Positions 1 to 12,559 of a stretch of DNA of 64,000 bases are shown here, one piece after another. The notes under the pieces were generated by a model. The model searched no databases. It was not told the DNA's origin and was given only the letters and a program-made list of their open reading frames with translations. The stretch covers positions 1 through 64,000 of the forward strand of contig BAAIJX010000057.1 in NCBI GenBank assembly GCA_054600435.1, in the 5' to 3' direction. The position numbers were made by a program, and so were the translations under genes. Each line of letters opens with the position of its first letter. The first letter of the stretch is position 1. Source of the DNA: Neophaeotheca triangularis. Its lineage: Eukaryota.

Positions 1-1285
1 GGGGGGGGTTGTGCATGTCTGAGCGATTTTGCTGTTGTGCATGTTGTAGGCTGGCTCGAGTGATGTTTTTGTCCCAGGCATTTGAGGGGTTTGGGGGGCT
101 TTGCTACACTTTACCTATGAGGATGGACAATTGAAAACGCATCGGCGGATTGGACGAAACGCCGGCTTTCGAAAAAAGGGACGGCGTGTTCCTCTGGGCA
201 TTTTAGCGAATACCTGATAGATTTGTCTTGTTCTTGCTATTCAATTTACCCTACTATTCAACTAGCGTGGACGAGAAGAATACTCTTTCGGTAGGTTGCA
301 CAATCGTCCTGTCGTGTGTGTTCCCACAACCGAGTGTTTCACTACATGCCGTTTCTCGAACGTTTCTTCCTGCATTGCACATGCATGCAGCTGTGAAGAA
401 TCCAAAGTTATGGTGGAATGCACGTTATCACGCGTGTCGCAAATGTTGCAGCTATTGAGGAGGTTTGTGTTTTGGTTTCGTGCCGCCGGGTCGGGCACGT
501 CGGGCTATCTTGTGGCAGCTGTAAGCGTTTTCCAACGTCGTGGTCGATTCAGGGGTAATATTATTGCATGCCATAAGTCTCGTCGGTGGTTGTTCAGGGG
601 TACTTAGATAGGGAAGCTCGGTCACGTGGCGGGCGATAAGCCGGAGAGTATCTGGCTCGGACCGCACACGGACCCTAGCGCGGCGTGGGTGCCTGTCGCC
701 GGTAGGCAAGGTACTAGTAGGCGGTCCTTGTACCTAACGTTAGTGGTTACTAGTGTGGGGATGCTGCTGCTTCTACAAAGTTAAGTGGGAGCACGGCAAT
801 CGTGAAACATCCAGCCAATCCTCACTTCACGACTCTCTACTACTCTCTACTCCTCACTCCCTACTTCCTTCTTCCTCTTCATACCTCAGCTCGTCGGCCA
901 AAGGAGGCTACGCTTCTTGAGTCTCTTGTCCATCGATTGCAGTCTTCACCCCTCACCCCAATGCGGTAAAGGGAGATCGATCGAGGCTTCCGCATCTCTC
1001 TAGCAAAAGTCATTCCTCCACCGCCAATCAAGCCGAGCTCCCCCCTTCACCCCTTGACTCGCTACACTACTACCTTCACCCGCCCAGACCCTGTCCATCT
1101 ACCCTTCCCCTTGAGCGAGGCTATTGTGACAGGAGTCTGTCTGCCTCCTGCTATTTCCATCTGTCTCTCCCGACAACGCGCGACTGCTAAAGGTAAGAGA
1201 TCAACAACCTCACCTCACCTGCTGTTCACCGATCATAGAGCACATTTGATCCAGACTAACCTCCAATCATAGGCCAACCTTCAAC

Positions 1286-3464
1286 ATGGCGTACAACAAT
1301 CAGCAGCAGCAGAACAACAACCGCGACCCCAATGCCAACCCGAACCGCCTCCACCTCAACTTCGGTTTCAACACACAGCAGCCCAACTTTGGCGCTGAGC
1401 AGGGTCGCAATTTTCCCACTACTCCTTCCACCTTCCCCCAACCCCTCAACCAGCAACAGATGTGGGGTACACAACAACCACAAAGCGGCATCACCGATCA
1501 AGGCTACTTCTACAACACCAACCAGGCTGGCTACCCAAACAACCAGTACCCTCAAGGCGCCTCTACCCCAGGCTACGCCCGCACGCCAGGGGCAGGCGGC
1601 TACAACGATCCCACCAACGGCCTCTCACACCAATTCGCTCACCAGAACCTCGGAGGAGCCAACAGCCCTCGCGCGGGTTCTCCAGCCTATCGTACCAACT
1701 CCCCAGCCAACGCTCAGAGGCCTAGGACAGGGGGAGGACAGCAGCAACAGTATGGCAATTATCTGGGTGGGCCGTTACCGATGCAGCAGCAACAACAACA
1801 GCAGCAGGGTCCTTCGATATATGACGATGAGTTGCCTCCACGCAACCCGGAGAAATATTCGAACGGTATCGTTGGACAGGCTAAGATGCAGACTGAACTC
1901 ACGAGCTCATTCTTCAAGGACAATGTCGAGAGAGCGAGGGACAGGAACGCAAGGTTGGTCCCTCTACGCTTCCTACCAAGCTGTATCACGGCGCTGACAG
2001 CGAACACAGATCACAAGAATTGGAGGCCATCCTCAAGTCGGATGATCTTTCCGCGGCCCGCAAAGAGCAGAAGAAGAACAACATCCGCAAGTCAGAAGCC
2101 AATTTCCTACGCTTCCTGCGTACTAGCGAGCGTCCACAAAACTACGCAACCCTCAAGATCATCGGCAAAGGTGCTTTCGGTGAAGTCAAGCTCGTACAGA
2201 GAAAGCATGACGGCAAGATCTACGCGCTCAAAGCACTGATCAAGGCTGAAATGGTAATTATTGGCACCCGTCCCCGCAGGAACAGAGCTCATTTTGACAA
2301 ACGTTTCATCCAGCATAAAAAAGATCAACTTGCGCATGTTCGTGCCGAACGCGACATCCTCGCCAATGCCGACTCGCCCTGGCTTGTCAAGCTGCATACT
2401 TCTTTCCAGGACTCGACTTTCCTCTACATGTTGATGGAGTTTTTGCCCGGTGGTGATTTGATGACTATGCTCATCAAGTACGAGATCTTCTCGGAGGACA
2501 TCACGCGCTTCTACATGGCCGAGATTGTCCTTGCCATTGAGGCGGTGCACAAGCTCGGCTTCATTCATCGGTGAGTGGTTACTGCTCTGTGGGTATCTGC
2601 TCAATTCCGCTAATTGATTACCTAGCGACATCAAACCCGACAATATCCTTCTCGACCGCGGCGGCCACATCAAGCTGACTGACTTTGGACTGTCGACCGG
2701 TTTCAAGGCTGAGCATGCCGCTACCTACTACCAACAACTCATGTCCAACACTCGCCCAAAATCCGTTTCCGCGAACAGACAGTCTGTATCCCTCGACCAA
2801 ATTCAACTTACAGTCAGCAACCGCGCTCAGGTCAACACCTGGCGCAAGTCTCGCAGGCAACTCGCCTATTCGACCGTCGGAACACCAGACTACATCGCCC
2901 CCGAGATTTTCTCTGGCAGGGGTTACGACTTCTCCTGTGACTGGTGGTCCGTCGGGACAATCATGTTTGAGTGCCTGATTGGCTGGCCTCCGTTCTGCGC
3001 CGAAGAACCCCACGACACTTACCGCAAGATTGTCGAGTGGCCCCGTCACCTTCACTTCCCGCCTGAGCAGCCTTTGGGCCCCGAGGCAGAACACTTCGTC
3101 AAGTCGTGCGTATCTTCCCCATCAAAGCTTGCCCGCGCCTTCACTGACCACCATCAACAGCCTAATCTGCGACCCGCAAAACCGCCTCGGTCGCGTCGGC
3201 GGCGCCGCAGAGCTCAAAGCCCACCCATTCTTCAGCGGCGTACAATGGGACGGCCTCCGCAAAATCCGCGCCCCCTTCGAGCCGAAACTGCAATCCAACG
3301 TCGACACGCAATACTTCCCTATCGACGAAATCCCGCAAGTCGACAACAGCGCTGCACTGCGGGCGCAGACGGAAGCGGCCAACGGTATTGGAGACGACCC
3401 CATTGGTGCGCTGCCATTTGTCGGATATACTTATAAGAGATTTGATGCTTTTAGGGGGTCTTGA
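1286..3464 (+). CDS. cot-1: NDR-family Ser/Thr kinase COT-1/Cbk1/Orb6 with Q/N-rich N-terminus; introns 1954-2009, 2254-2313, 2571-2625, 3106-3160; probable 5'UTR intron 1193-1272
   Basis: [38 protein letters not shown] and the C-terminal hydrophobic motif FVGYTY. GT..AG introns with branch sites restore one frame. Confidence 0.95.
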
Positions 3465-4465
3465 GGAAGACGACTATCACTTTGTCTGCTTGACAGATAA
3501 GGCGGTGGGGTGTGGAGAGCAAGCGAGGTCGATGCATTTTCAACCTAAGCAGGGTATGATGCTCCTACCACTACTACTATCACTGCTACTGCCAAAAGAC
3601 ATACGCGATGAAGCGACGATGCTTGACGGAAGCGAGCGAGAGGTATGCTGGAGTTGTTGGTTTTTTTTCTCGCGGTGGTTTCGACTACTGCGTTGTAGGG
3701 CTCGGGAACGGCGGTTTCTTGCCCTCGCCGCTGGTGCTCCGGCGGCAGAGCGGAGTTTCACAAACCGTAAAGAAAAACGAGAGAGGCGAGACTTTCTCCG
3801 CCGCGAAAAGGCGAGAAAGCACACGCGTGGCTCTGCTGTGGGTTCACTAACAAAGTCAAGTTGATTGAGAAGGCTGTTGTGCATGGAAAATTGCGCGCAA
3901 GACAGCTAGCTATTGATAGTGGTCTCCATTACTCGGCACTGTTTCAATCTGAGACTGAAGTGGAGCCCGAGCAGAGCAGTCTAGATTCGTAACTGTCGAT
4001 TGAAGACCGAAAAAGATGCATGAACAGACTTGAATATGTGTGATGTAATATTTCTTACGACTGACTGAAGTTTGTGTGTGCAAGGTTGAAGTCAGATGAA
4101 ATACAATGGTTGATTCGAATGCCGGGAGTGAATACAAGTAGCTCTCGCCTTAAAACTCCTCGCTTGCAAACACACATGTACCGCAAAGACGTTCCCGACC
4201 CGGGGAATGACTTTACCCAGAACTTCCTAGAGTAGTAGTAGAGGTACACATTGGCTTTTGTCGCAGTCCAGAGCGCTTCAGAGCTCGCCAAAGCCCAGGC
4301 GAAGCCAAGCTGTCTCCATAGACGTCTTCAAGATGTGGTCGTGATAACAGTCGTGACTTCCTCATTCGTCGTCGACCGTTGCCCTTTACCCGTTTAGTCC
4401 CCGCGCAAGGGTGCTTTCAGGTATTGTCTTGGGTTTTGAAATACTGATAGATTGCCGGAGTTGGT

Positions 4466-4503
4466 GGATGGAAGGATGGTTGGATGGATGGGTGGATGGA
4501 TGA
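4466..4503. repeat. Imperfect (GGAT)n microsatellite in the RPB12 3' region
   Basis: ggatggaaggatggttggatggatgggtggatggatga. Confidence 0.6.
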
Positions 4504-4517
4504 ATGAGCGAGCGTCT

Positions 4518-5139
4518 TCATCGCGCTTCGAATTGAATCATCCTGGGATTTTGAATGTTAGCGATTTGTTGTTTTCCATCATTTGTATGTCTCGGATCGT
4601 TTCGCTATTGCCATCTTTTGGACCTCCGTAGACTTGTTGAGATCCTGATTCCTCGTGATGTAGGGGAGTAGGTGTCGGCCAGCTTTCCCTCCTCTTTCGC
4701 GCTTCTCCCAGCAAGCACTCGAGCAAATCGCAGCAGCCTAACCCAAGGCGAAAAAACGTCCTCTCCAACACCCTTGACCCGGCCAGTCCATTCGTCCATT
4801 CGTCCTTCTCCTCCGAAACCCAGAAAAAGCCTCGGTAAAGAAAACAGAAAAAGAAAAGAAAAAATCTCACCTGTTAGTCCTCCCCTTGTAAAGAACCCGA
4901 TACCCACACTCCTTGCAACGAATCGGATCACCGCGTTTGAGAGTCACTTTGGAGTCGCAATCGCCGCACAGGTAGTGCACGGGTTTGGAAATATTCTCGT
5001 TGAAAGCGCCGTCGGTGCCCGCTTGGGCGCCGCTGCCGGTTGTGATGGCTGTTGAGGAGGAGGTCGCGGCTGCTGGGTTCGAGGTTTGGTTTTGGAGGGA
5101 GGAGGACGGGATGTGGGGGGTGAAGGCTTCGCGGGACAT
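4518..5139 (-). CDS. RPB12: RNA polymerases I/II/III shared subunit RPABC4 (Rpb12/Rpc10); intron 4543-4870
   Basis: Zn ribbon YLCGDC...IRCKECGYRVLYK-RT. A small exon 2 gives the canonical C-terminus R-MIQFEAR*. Confidence 0.95.
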
Positions 5140-5569
5140 TGTTGGAAGGGGTCTGGGTAAGTTTTGGGTTTTGTTGGTGGATGGTATGCTGGTGCTTGTG
5201 TTGTTGTTGTTGCTGCTTGTGAGCTGCTGACTTCGAGCTCGAAGACAAAGAGGGAAGGGCTTGTCTTTTGATAAGATAAGATGGCGGCGAGGATAAGATC
5301 CGACTTCGGCAGAATAGGCAAATATTGTATGACATAAGAAGAGCTGGTGGGGCTGTTAAGTTAGAAGTGGCGGGCGGCGGGTCTTTTTTCCTCAGCCTGG
5401 TAAGGTTCCGCTGCCCTCAGATTGCTGAACAATCACGAGACGTCGATTCGCCCATTCGAATCTTGCTATTGCTGTACAATACTATCACCACTACTACCAA
5501 CCTTCCTTCTCCTCCTCCTCCTCCTCTCCCACTCTCCCACATGTGTCCCAGCAGAGGCAAACAACAACC

Positions 5570-7408
5570 ATGTCGGCCATTCTCTCCTCCGACGACCTGA
5601 ACGACTTCATCTCCCCTGGCGTAGCCTGCATCAAGCCCGTGGAGACACTGCCGCAACAACAACCACCCGAAGAAACAAACCAAAACGCCCTCGAGGTCAC
5701 GACTGAAGACAAAGTCAAACCCGATCCAAGTAATGCCCCTCCAGCCGAGATATCTCTTACGGATTGCCTAGCCTGCTCTGGCTGCGTGACGAGTGCAGAG
5801 GCCGTATTGGTTAGTTTGCAAAGCCACAGTGAGGTGCTGGAGACGTTGGACAAATATGAAGAATTGAAGTTTGGAGGGCAGGCTGTACAAACCCCAGGAG
5901 ACGGGAAGATCTTCGTCGCCAGCGTATCGCCGCAGACACGAGCCAGTCTGGCCGCTACGTACAACGTTTCTGAGCGCGAGGCAGGGCATATGATCGGTCA
6001 GTTGTTGAGCGGGCCGTACGGCCTTAGAGCTGGCGGAAAGAATGGCTCCGGCTTTCGCTGGATCATCGACACCAACGCCATGCGCGAAGCTTGCCTTGTC
6101 GCCGCCGCGGACGAAGTTCAGCAGGCTTTGACGACTCCAGTGGAAGGGCAGAAGAAGCCTGTCCTGACGTCTGCCTGCCCTGGCTGGATTTGCTATGCCG
6201 AGAAGACACATCCGCATGTCCTGCCCCATCTCAGTAAACTCAAAAGCCCGCAAGCCCTCACGGGAACACTCATGAAATCCGTCCTAGCGAGGAAGTACGG
6301 TGTCCCACCCGAACAAATATGGCACATGGCTGTAATGCCGTGTTTCGACAAGAAACTCGAGGCCTCTCGCGCGGAACTAACATCTCATACCTGGCACGGA
6401 CAAGAAGGCGACGCCATCCGAGACGTCGACTGCGTAATCACCGCTCGCGAGCTACTCATGCTGGCGGAAAGCCGCGACATCAGCTTCCCCTGCCTGCCGC
6501 GCAAACCCTTGGCCAGAGACTATGCTCCATCTTTTCCCGATGCAACCCTTAACCGCTTCCTCTTCAGCCGCGCTCGCGGTCAAAAACGTAAACGTCCCGA
6601 AACACCCCCAGAACCCGACACCCCCTCGGCCATCGGCACAAGCGGCGGCTACCTCCACCACGTACTTAAAACCCAACAATCTCTCCACCCAGGCTCCACT
6701 CTCGCCGTCCAACGCGGCCGTAACGCCGACGTCGCAGACTACACCGTCCTGTCGCCTGAAGGCCGCGAACTCTTTCGCGCAGCCCGCTACTATGGCTTCC
6801 GAAACATCCAGAACCTCGTGCGCCGGCTCAAACCGCCCAAGGCTTCGCGCATCACCGGTGCCGTAAAGCGGCCGGCGGGCGCGAGACGTCCCGGTGCCAA
6901 AGCTGGCGAGGACATGCAAGCTGGCGCGGGCGATCATGCGTACGTGGAAGTAATGGCCTGTCCCGGCGGTTGCACGAACGGGGGCGGACAGATTAAAGTC
7001 GGGGATGTGGCGACGCTGAGGCAGGTCGGGGGTACTGGTGTGGAGAATGGGAGTGCGGAGCAGGAGGTTCTGCCTGCACAGAAGGAGTGGTTGGGGAGGG
7101 TCGATGAGGCGTATTGGAGTGCTGACTCTGAGGAGGAAGATCTCTCAATGGAGGAGGATGGGGATGGAGATGTCGGAATGGTCGAGGCACACGACTCGCC
7201 CGTTGAGGAAGTTGGTGAGAATGTGGTGGATGGTATTGACCATGATCGCATCAAAAAGATATTCGAGCATTGGGCTGCTACCACAGATGTTGGATTGGAC
7301 AAGCTGCTTTACACCACTTTCAGGGTTGTCGAGAGCGATGTGGGAAAGAGCGCGGGGGATATGGAGAAGGTTGCTGGGCTTGCTGTTGCCGCTGGGGGAG
7401 GCTGGTAG
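5570..7408 (+). CDS. NAR1: Cytosolic Fe-S cluster assembly factor Nar1 (Fe-hydrogenase-like), intronless
   Basis: MSAILSSDDLNDFISPGVACIKP, ISLTDCLACSGCVTSAE, SACPGW, MPCFDKKLEASR, YVEVMACPGGCTNGGGQ. Confidence 0.96.
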   Translation: MSAILSSDDLNDFISPGVACIKPVETLPQQQPPEETNQNALEVTTEDKVKPDPSNAPPAEISLTDCLACSGCVTSAEAVLVSLQSHSEVLETLDKYEELKFGGQAVQTPGDGKIFVASVSPQTRASLAATYNVSEREAGHMIGQLLSGPYGLRAGGKNGSGFRWIIDTNAMREACLVAAADEVQQALTTPVEGQKKPVLTSACPGWICYAEKTHPHVLPHLSKLKSPQALTGTLMKSVLARKYGVPPEQIWHMAVMPCFDKKLEASRAELTSHTWHGQEGDAIRDVDCVITARELLMLAESRDISFPCLPRKPLARDYAPSFPDATLNRFLFSRARGQKRKRPETPPEPDTPSAIGTSGGYLHHVLKTQQSLHPGSTLAVQRGRNADVADYTVLSPEGRELFRAARYYGFRNIQNLVRRLKPPKASRITGAVKRPAGARRPGAKAGEDMQAGAGDHAYVEVMACPGGCTNGGGQIKVGDVATLRQVGGTGVENGSAEQEVLPAQKEWLGRVDEAYWSADSEEEDLSMEEDGDGDVGMVEAHDSPVEEVGENVVDGIDHDRIKKIFEHWAATTDVGLDKLLYTTFRVVESDVGKSAGDMEKVAGLAVAAGGGW

Positions 7409-7970
7409 GGTGTACGGCGCAGCATGGCAAGAGGGGGAAAGGCGTGCTTCCCAACTTTGCTGATGGATCTGGCTTTCGAGGTCGGTAAGATCACAAGCCA
7501 CCCGAGAAGGCTGTCTTCACTGAGCCCTTCAATGCCGAGAGTTGTAGTAGCAGTCTTGGTCCAAAGAAAGCTAGCTCATCGCTGCCTCTTTTCTTGGGTC
7601 TGTAACTTGATGTTCACGCGCTCGATTGGCTCTTGAATGGCTCAGTGAGGACAGTCTTCTCGAGTGGCTTGTGATCTTCCCGGCTTTGAGAGGCATCTCT
7701 GGACATGAGAACAGAAAGCAAATTGATACCAATGTTCAATCGGCGGCACTAGGTACGTAGCTACTTCCAGCCTGGACTCTAAACTCTGGTTGGCATCTTG
7801 GCCTACCATCACGACTGCCTCTGATCTTCATCACCATCATCATCATCTATCATATCCTGCTCCAGCTTTGAGGGCGACGGCAGCGCGCTTATTCCGCCCC
7901 AGGAATAGCTGCGTTTGGCATATATCTTACTCGTGACAGTCGTTGATTAGCACCACTGCAGTCCGTTATG

Positions 7971-8453
7971 CTACCTCCGCAAAATCAGCTTGCCTCCCCC
8001 AATGCCTATAAAAGCGACGACAGTATCGAACGGGTTGCGCACTGCACAAGTAACACCCATGTACGAAGGGATAGGCATTGACGGAACAAGCCCTTGCACT
8101 CGTCGACGCTCGCGGGCCCGGAAAGCACGCAATCGTGGTCCGCCTGTGAAGTGTATGAAACCAGGCCCGGGCCGGCCTGGTACGTGTTCTAGGTATGATC
8201 GTCGCAAGGCCAACTGCCAGGTATCCCCGTCAGCATGGCACGTGGGGACGAAGAGGAAGTGGAGCGGGGAGCGAGTAGTGGCGGCGACGTACTCTCCCGC
8301 TCTCCCGCAGAGATCGTTGAGATCGTCGTCTGAGCGCAGACCCCCTATTTGCAAGTCGAGCGGGCCGCATGCCGAATCCTGTGGGATCACGTCGTCGTCG
8401 CGCATGTTTGAAGGATCCCAGGCTTGGGCGGCGACGGGGCTCGTGAGGGCCAT
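7971..8453 (-). CDS. Hypothetical protein (~160 aa), no family recognised
   Basis: ATG-initiated ORF (MALTSPVAAQAW...) with a TATAA-like box on the minus strand near 8616-8621. No motif recognised. Confidence 0.4.
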   Translation of the reverse strand: MALTSPVAAQAWDPSNMRDDDVIPQDSACGPLDLQIGGLRSDDDLNDLCGRAGEYVAATTRSPLHFLFVPTCHADGDTWQLALRRSYLEHVPGRPGPGFIHFTGGPRLRAFRARERRRVQGLVPSMPIPSYMGVTCAVRNPFDTVVAFIGIGGGKLILRR

Positions 8454-9524
8454 GGAGGCTAGAGCCAAGGGGTTGGAGAGGATCACGTTGCGAAGACTGG
8501 GTTGCTGGATGAGTCGAGACAAGAAGAGGTTCGAAGCCGATTCAGAGTGAGACGGCTGGAAGGATCAAGGTTGATTTTCTGTCTGTCCGTGTCGACGAGC
8601 GTGCAACACAGCTACTTATATGGCGGTCTCCCTCCTAGCACACGCCTTATTTCATACCTCGCCCTGATGTCAGTGCAAGCCACGGGATAGAAAGCATAGT
8701 CTTTTGAGTGAACAAAAGCATCCAGGTGTTTTAAGGGATGCCAAATCAGAATCACTCTTTACCGCACGCACTGCTCCACTCACGTAGGTATACTGAAATG
8801 TCACCAGGATGAAGAGGTAAGCCCCGGACAAAGACTAGCTCACAATCTATATTCTATGCGAGCAATTGGAGCGAAGGATCCTTTCCCTGGCAATCACCGG
8901 CGCCACTTCCCATGGGTCTTGAATGATGAGACTTATTCGTCAATTTGCTCTTCACTGACCTCGACTCCCGCGACCGGCAAGGACGGCCCGTCGACGCCGG
9001 GAAGGCTTCACCCGACTTGAATGGTAGCTTTAGCAGGCATTGGATAGCAGTTTCATCGAGGTCGCCGAGGCGGAGATGTACAGGTGATACTTTCCGGCTC
9101 CAACGACTTTGAAAGGGACTTGCGCATACAGCGGACCTGTATCCCCACGACGGCTTTCGCCGAGGGATTGACATGGGGGCTGTCGGATCTACCGAGCGCG
9201 ATCGGTTGTACAAGGGGTTGCACAGTCTTAGTGGGAGCAGGCCAGTCAGTCTTCTCGGCTGGCTGGTAATCTCTCATAGTTTGGGGGTACTTGACGAGGG
9301 GAGGCTCAGGAACAGAAGACGGTAGCAAATCGGTATCTTTTGCCTCATCGGGCTTACTAGGTACATGGCTTCCTACGCTAAGCCATGAGCACCTTGTCTT
9401 CGTTCACGCAGCAACATTCCGGTTTTTCCATCTCACGCTCCTCGACACGAACGCAACGTCGTCCACTCCGAGCTTCCACTCCATACGCTTCAACTTACCC
9501 CCCCCCCCAAAGCGAACAACCTAC

Positions 9525-11987
9525 CTACCTACTCAAAACCCCACGTACAACCCCCTCGAGCTCCAAATTCCCCTTGACAGCCAACTCGCCAATGCCACTC
9601 CCCCCACTCCCCTCTCTCAACCACCTAGCGAGCAAATCATTCGACTCCTTGGGCTTGACAGCCGGCGAAACCGTACCCACAGTAATGTGCGCAGTCTGGT
9701 TGACCGTGTGGAAAACCCCCGGCGCATCGCCCTCTCCCCCTTTGGGAGCAAGTCTAACGACAAAAGCCATGACCCTATCGTCCCAGACAAGTCTCTCGAG
9801 ACGCACATCGCAGACGCCGAGTTTGACATCGGGGGAAGCGTAAGCGCGCTCGGCGTTGGGGGCGCTGACTTTTTCGTGTAGACTGGTGAGTGCCGCCCAG
9901 TAGTCTTTGTGCTCGGAGGCGGCGGCGCGGTGGATGAGGGTTACGTGGAAAGCAGATTGCAGGCGTTGATGGGTTTTGAGGGTTTCGTACATTTGTGCGG
10001 TTTCCGGGGGGGTGTCGCGGAAGATGGCGTCGAGGATGGTGGTGATGCGGGTTGTAGGGACTTGAACGGCGAAGTATTCGAGGGCGCGGGGCCTTTGTTT
10101 GCTGTTGTTGGGTTGGGGTTGGGAACCGTTTTGGGGCTTGGGGTTCTTTGGTTTGGCCCCGTTGATCTCGTGTTTGAGGCTAACGGTATAGCCGTGGAGA
10201 GCGGCTTCGATGGCTTGGTCCATGTCATATTCGCTCGGCATTTGCTGCGTGGTGAAGAGTTTGGGGTATTGTTCGTAGAGTTTGGTGATGATGGTTTCGA
10301 GGTTTTCTCTTGAGGAGAGACAGGGGTCGAGGTTGATGACGCTGTCAAATCCATCGTCGGGTGGGTTTTGCTGGTTGACAGGCTCAAATCTGTGCATGAA
10401 GCCTTCCATAATGCCGATAATCTCCTGTTCGCCTTTGGTCGACGGGTGGATGGTTTGGTGGTTGTCACCGCGCTGGAGGACTCGCTCACGTAAGGCCTGG
10501 CGGATTTTGTCGTAGTCGCTGCGGTCGTGCGCGTAGTGCATGCAGACGAACCGAGCACGAGGCACCACTTTGGAGACGTCTTCGATGAGCTGCTTCCTCT
10601 CCCGACGCTGGTGGTTGTTGCGATCCGCAACCATAGCGGCCTGGGTTTCAAGCTCTTTCGCGCAAGCAGTGGCGAAGGCTTGCGGTTTCTTTCCCTTGAT
10701 CGTGATGTTGTCGTTCTGAATATGACCCCAGCCGAAGAGCTTGCACAGAGCTAGGGCGACTGTAGTCTTACCGCAGCCAATGGTGGCAACAGGTACGAGA
10801 ACGATATCCTGAGCCGCGTCTTGGTGGGCAGCTTCGCCTTCGAGCGCCTCCTGTCGAATGATATCCGAACCCTTTAGCCCCCGAGAAGCCAAGAAGTCGT
10901 CGCGCATTTTGATGATGCCGTGGTTCGCCTGGTATGCTTTGGCGAGGTCGGGCCTTCCATGAAGCTGCCTACGAGCGAAGTCGATATACTCCTCGGTGAT
11001 CTTCTTGTGCTGTTTGTACCGTGGCTCTTTGCCCGCGATGATGGCCTTTGTGCACTCTCGCCATTGCCGGTACATAAGGTAGGGCTCATCGAACTTGTAC
11101 TTGAAAAACCAGTCATGCCATTCGTCGCTCCCCGCTTTGGACTGGCATCTAATGACGAAGCCTTCGGTGTCACGTCCAGCGTAGTTGCCAGTTTCCGCAA
11201 TCTTATCGAGAAAGCTCTTCACGTCGTTCAGGCTGTCCATGGTGATGTACTGCGTCTTCTTGAATCCCCACTCGTCTGCAAACTTGTCGACCAGGTGATG
11301 TGGGTAAGTTGCAAACTCTGGTAGGTTAAGGTTGATGCCATGAAGATACAGCCCAGCACTTTCCGGAGTGTAGGCTAAAACGTGCTCCTCAAACTCATCA
11401 TCGCACAGCTCTGCCACCGCGGTTGCGTTCATCGCCCTGAGCTGGCTGGAAAGCTGATGCCGGTTTCTGCCGATCCTTGCAAGGTGACGGTCAACCCATT
11501 CCTCTCCGACCTTTGCATGGCTGGCTTCAGTATCGGTCCTTGAACCTGTCGAGTGTTTGCTGCAGACCAGCAGTGTGCCGTCTGGGAGACCGGAAATGAA
11601 GATGATGCACCCATTCTCCTTCACGCTGAGCTCGTAAGGTCCACGGGTATTTTGCTCGACATTGGGCCACTCGGTCTCACGAACTTCGCCGTGGTTGAAA
11701 AATTTGTCGTACCCTCTCGCCACGATTTCAGGCTGTCCATGTTCGTTTAGTGCAGTGAAGAGTCCTCTGGCGTAGGTGGGGAGAATAGGCTTCTTGAAAT
11801 CCCACTCTTGGAACTTCCAGGAGTCGACAGTGATATCGGTTCCGTCGACGCTGTAGGTGTTCTTCTTGCAAGAGTAGCCTCCCTTGGCTTTCCCTTTGCC
11901 TTTGTTGTTTTCAAGCCCTTGAAGCATGGTCGCCACTTCGGAAGCATCCTGAGGGCGGTAGGGTGGTGCTTCTTCCCGGATCGCCAT
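9525..11987 (-). CDS. TRL1: Fungal tRNA ligase Trl1 (ligase, kinase, cyclic phosphodiesterase), 820 aa
   Basis: ARGLF, RGYDKFFN, KENGCII (adenylylated Lys), EGFVIR, FFKYK, P-loop-like ATIGCGKTT, ADRNNH, and the 2H motifs HVTL and HITV. Confidence 0.96.
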   Translation of the reverse strand: MAIREEAPPYRPQDASEVATMLQGLENNKGKGKAKGGYSCKKNTYSVDGTDITVDSWKFQEWDFKKPILPTYARGLFTALNEHGQPEIVARGYDKFFNHGEVRETEWPNVEQNTRGPYELSVKENGCIIFISGLPDGTLLVCSKHSTGSRTDTEASHAKVGEEWVDRHLARIGRNRHQLSSQLRAMNATAVAELCDDEFEEHVLAYTPESAGLYLHGINLNLPEFATYPHHLVDKFADEWGFKKTQYITMDSLNDVKSFLDKIAETGNYAGRDTEGFVIRCQSKAGSDEWHDWFFKYKFDEPYLMYRQWRECTKAIIAGKEPRYKQHKKITEEYIDFARRQLHGRPDLAKAYQANHGIIKMRDDFLASRGLKGSDIIRQEALEGEAAHQDAAQDIVLVPVATIGCGKTTVALALCKLFGWGHIQNDNITIKGKKPQAFATACAKELETQAAMVADRNNHQRRERKQLIEDVSKVVPRARFVCMHYAHDRSDYDKIRQALRERVLQRGDNHQTIHPSTKGEQEIIGIMEGFMHRFEPVNQQNPPDDGFDSVINLDPCLSSRENLETIITKLYEQYPKLFTTQQMPSEYDMDQAIEAALHGYTVSLKHEINGAKPKNPKPQNGSQPQPNNSKQRPRALEYFAVQVPTTRITTILDAIFRDTPPETAQMYETLKTHQRLQSAFHVTLIHRAAASEHKDYWAALTSLHEKVSAPNAERAYASPDVKLGVCDVRLERLVWDDRVMAFVVRLAPKGGEGDAPGVFHTVNQTAHITVGTVSPAVKPKESNDLLARWLREGSGGSGIGELAVKGNLELEGVVRGVLSR

Positions 11988-12559
11988 GGTGGAGGTTTTG
12001 TCTGCTCTTTGTAGAGCTTTACTGGGTGGTTTATCCACTGATATTCGTGTTAGGTCGTCAAAGGAATTATGGTAGAAGTTGATTGTTACGATAATAATCC
12101 ATGGATGTTGACGAAACTTCGCAAGCAGCTGCGACTTCAGGCAGAAACGCTCTGGAGGGAATTGTGGCCCAACTATCAATTCTACCGCAGAAAATGACTC
12201 ACATGGTTTGGAGGCGTCGTTGTTATTATCTGAATTACAACGTAAGGTATCCAGGATATTCCAAAGCACAGTAGTAGTACGTACGAACGGTCAAGAAACG
12301 TTCCATTGAGTTGGGTAAGGTAAGACATGCCAGCCAAGCCACACTTGCGCCACAGCAAACGAACGCTTCACATTATTCACATCGGCTACCTAACAACCTA
12401 CTAGTAGGTACCTTATGAGCCAACACCCGGCGAACCATTCCCGACCCCGTCCGTCTTGTTGGACTTTACCCACGTCCCATAAGATACCAACAATCTGATC
12501 TAGCAAGACGTGCTTGCAGCACAGCACAGCTTCTGTACTCATCCCTCCGAGAAGCCTCA

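Noticed and set aside
1054..1285. Upstream coding exon extending COT-1
   Set aside because: After removing the 1193-1272 intron there is an in-frame TAA at 1188-1190, so this is 5'UTR.
8854..9400. Overlapping Pro-rich minus-strand ORFs downstream of TRL1
   Set aside because: No convincing ATG, splice model or domain. It may be a gene relic but I cannot support that.
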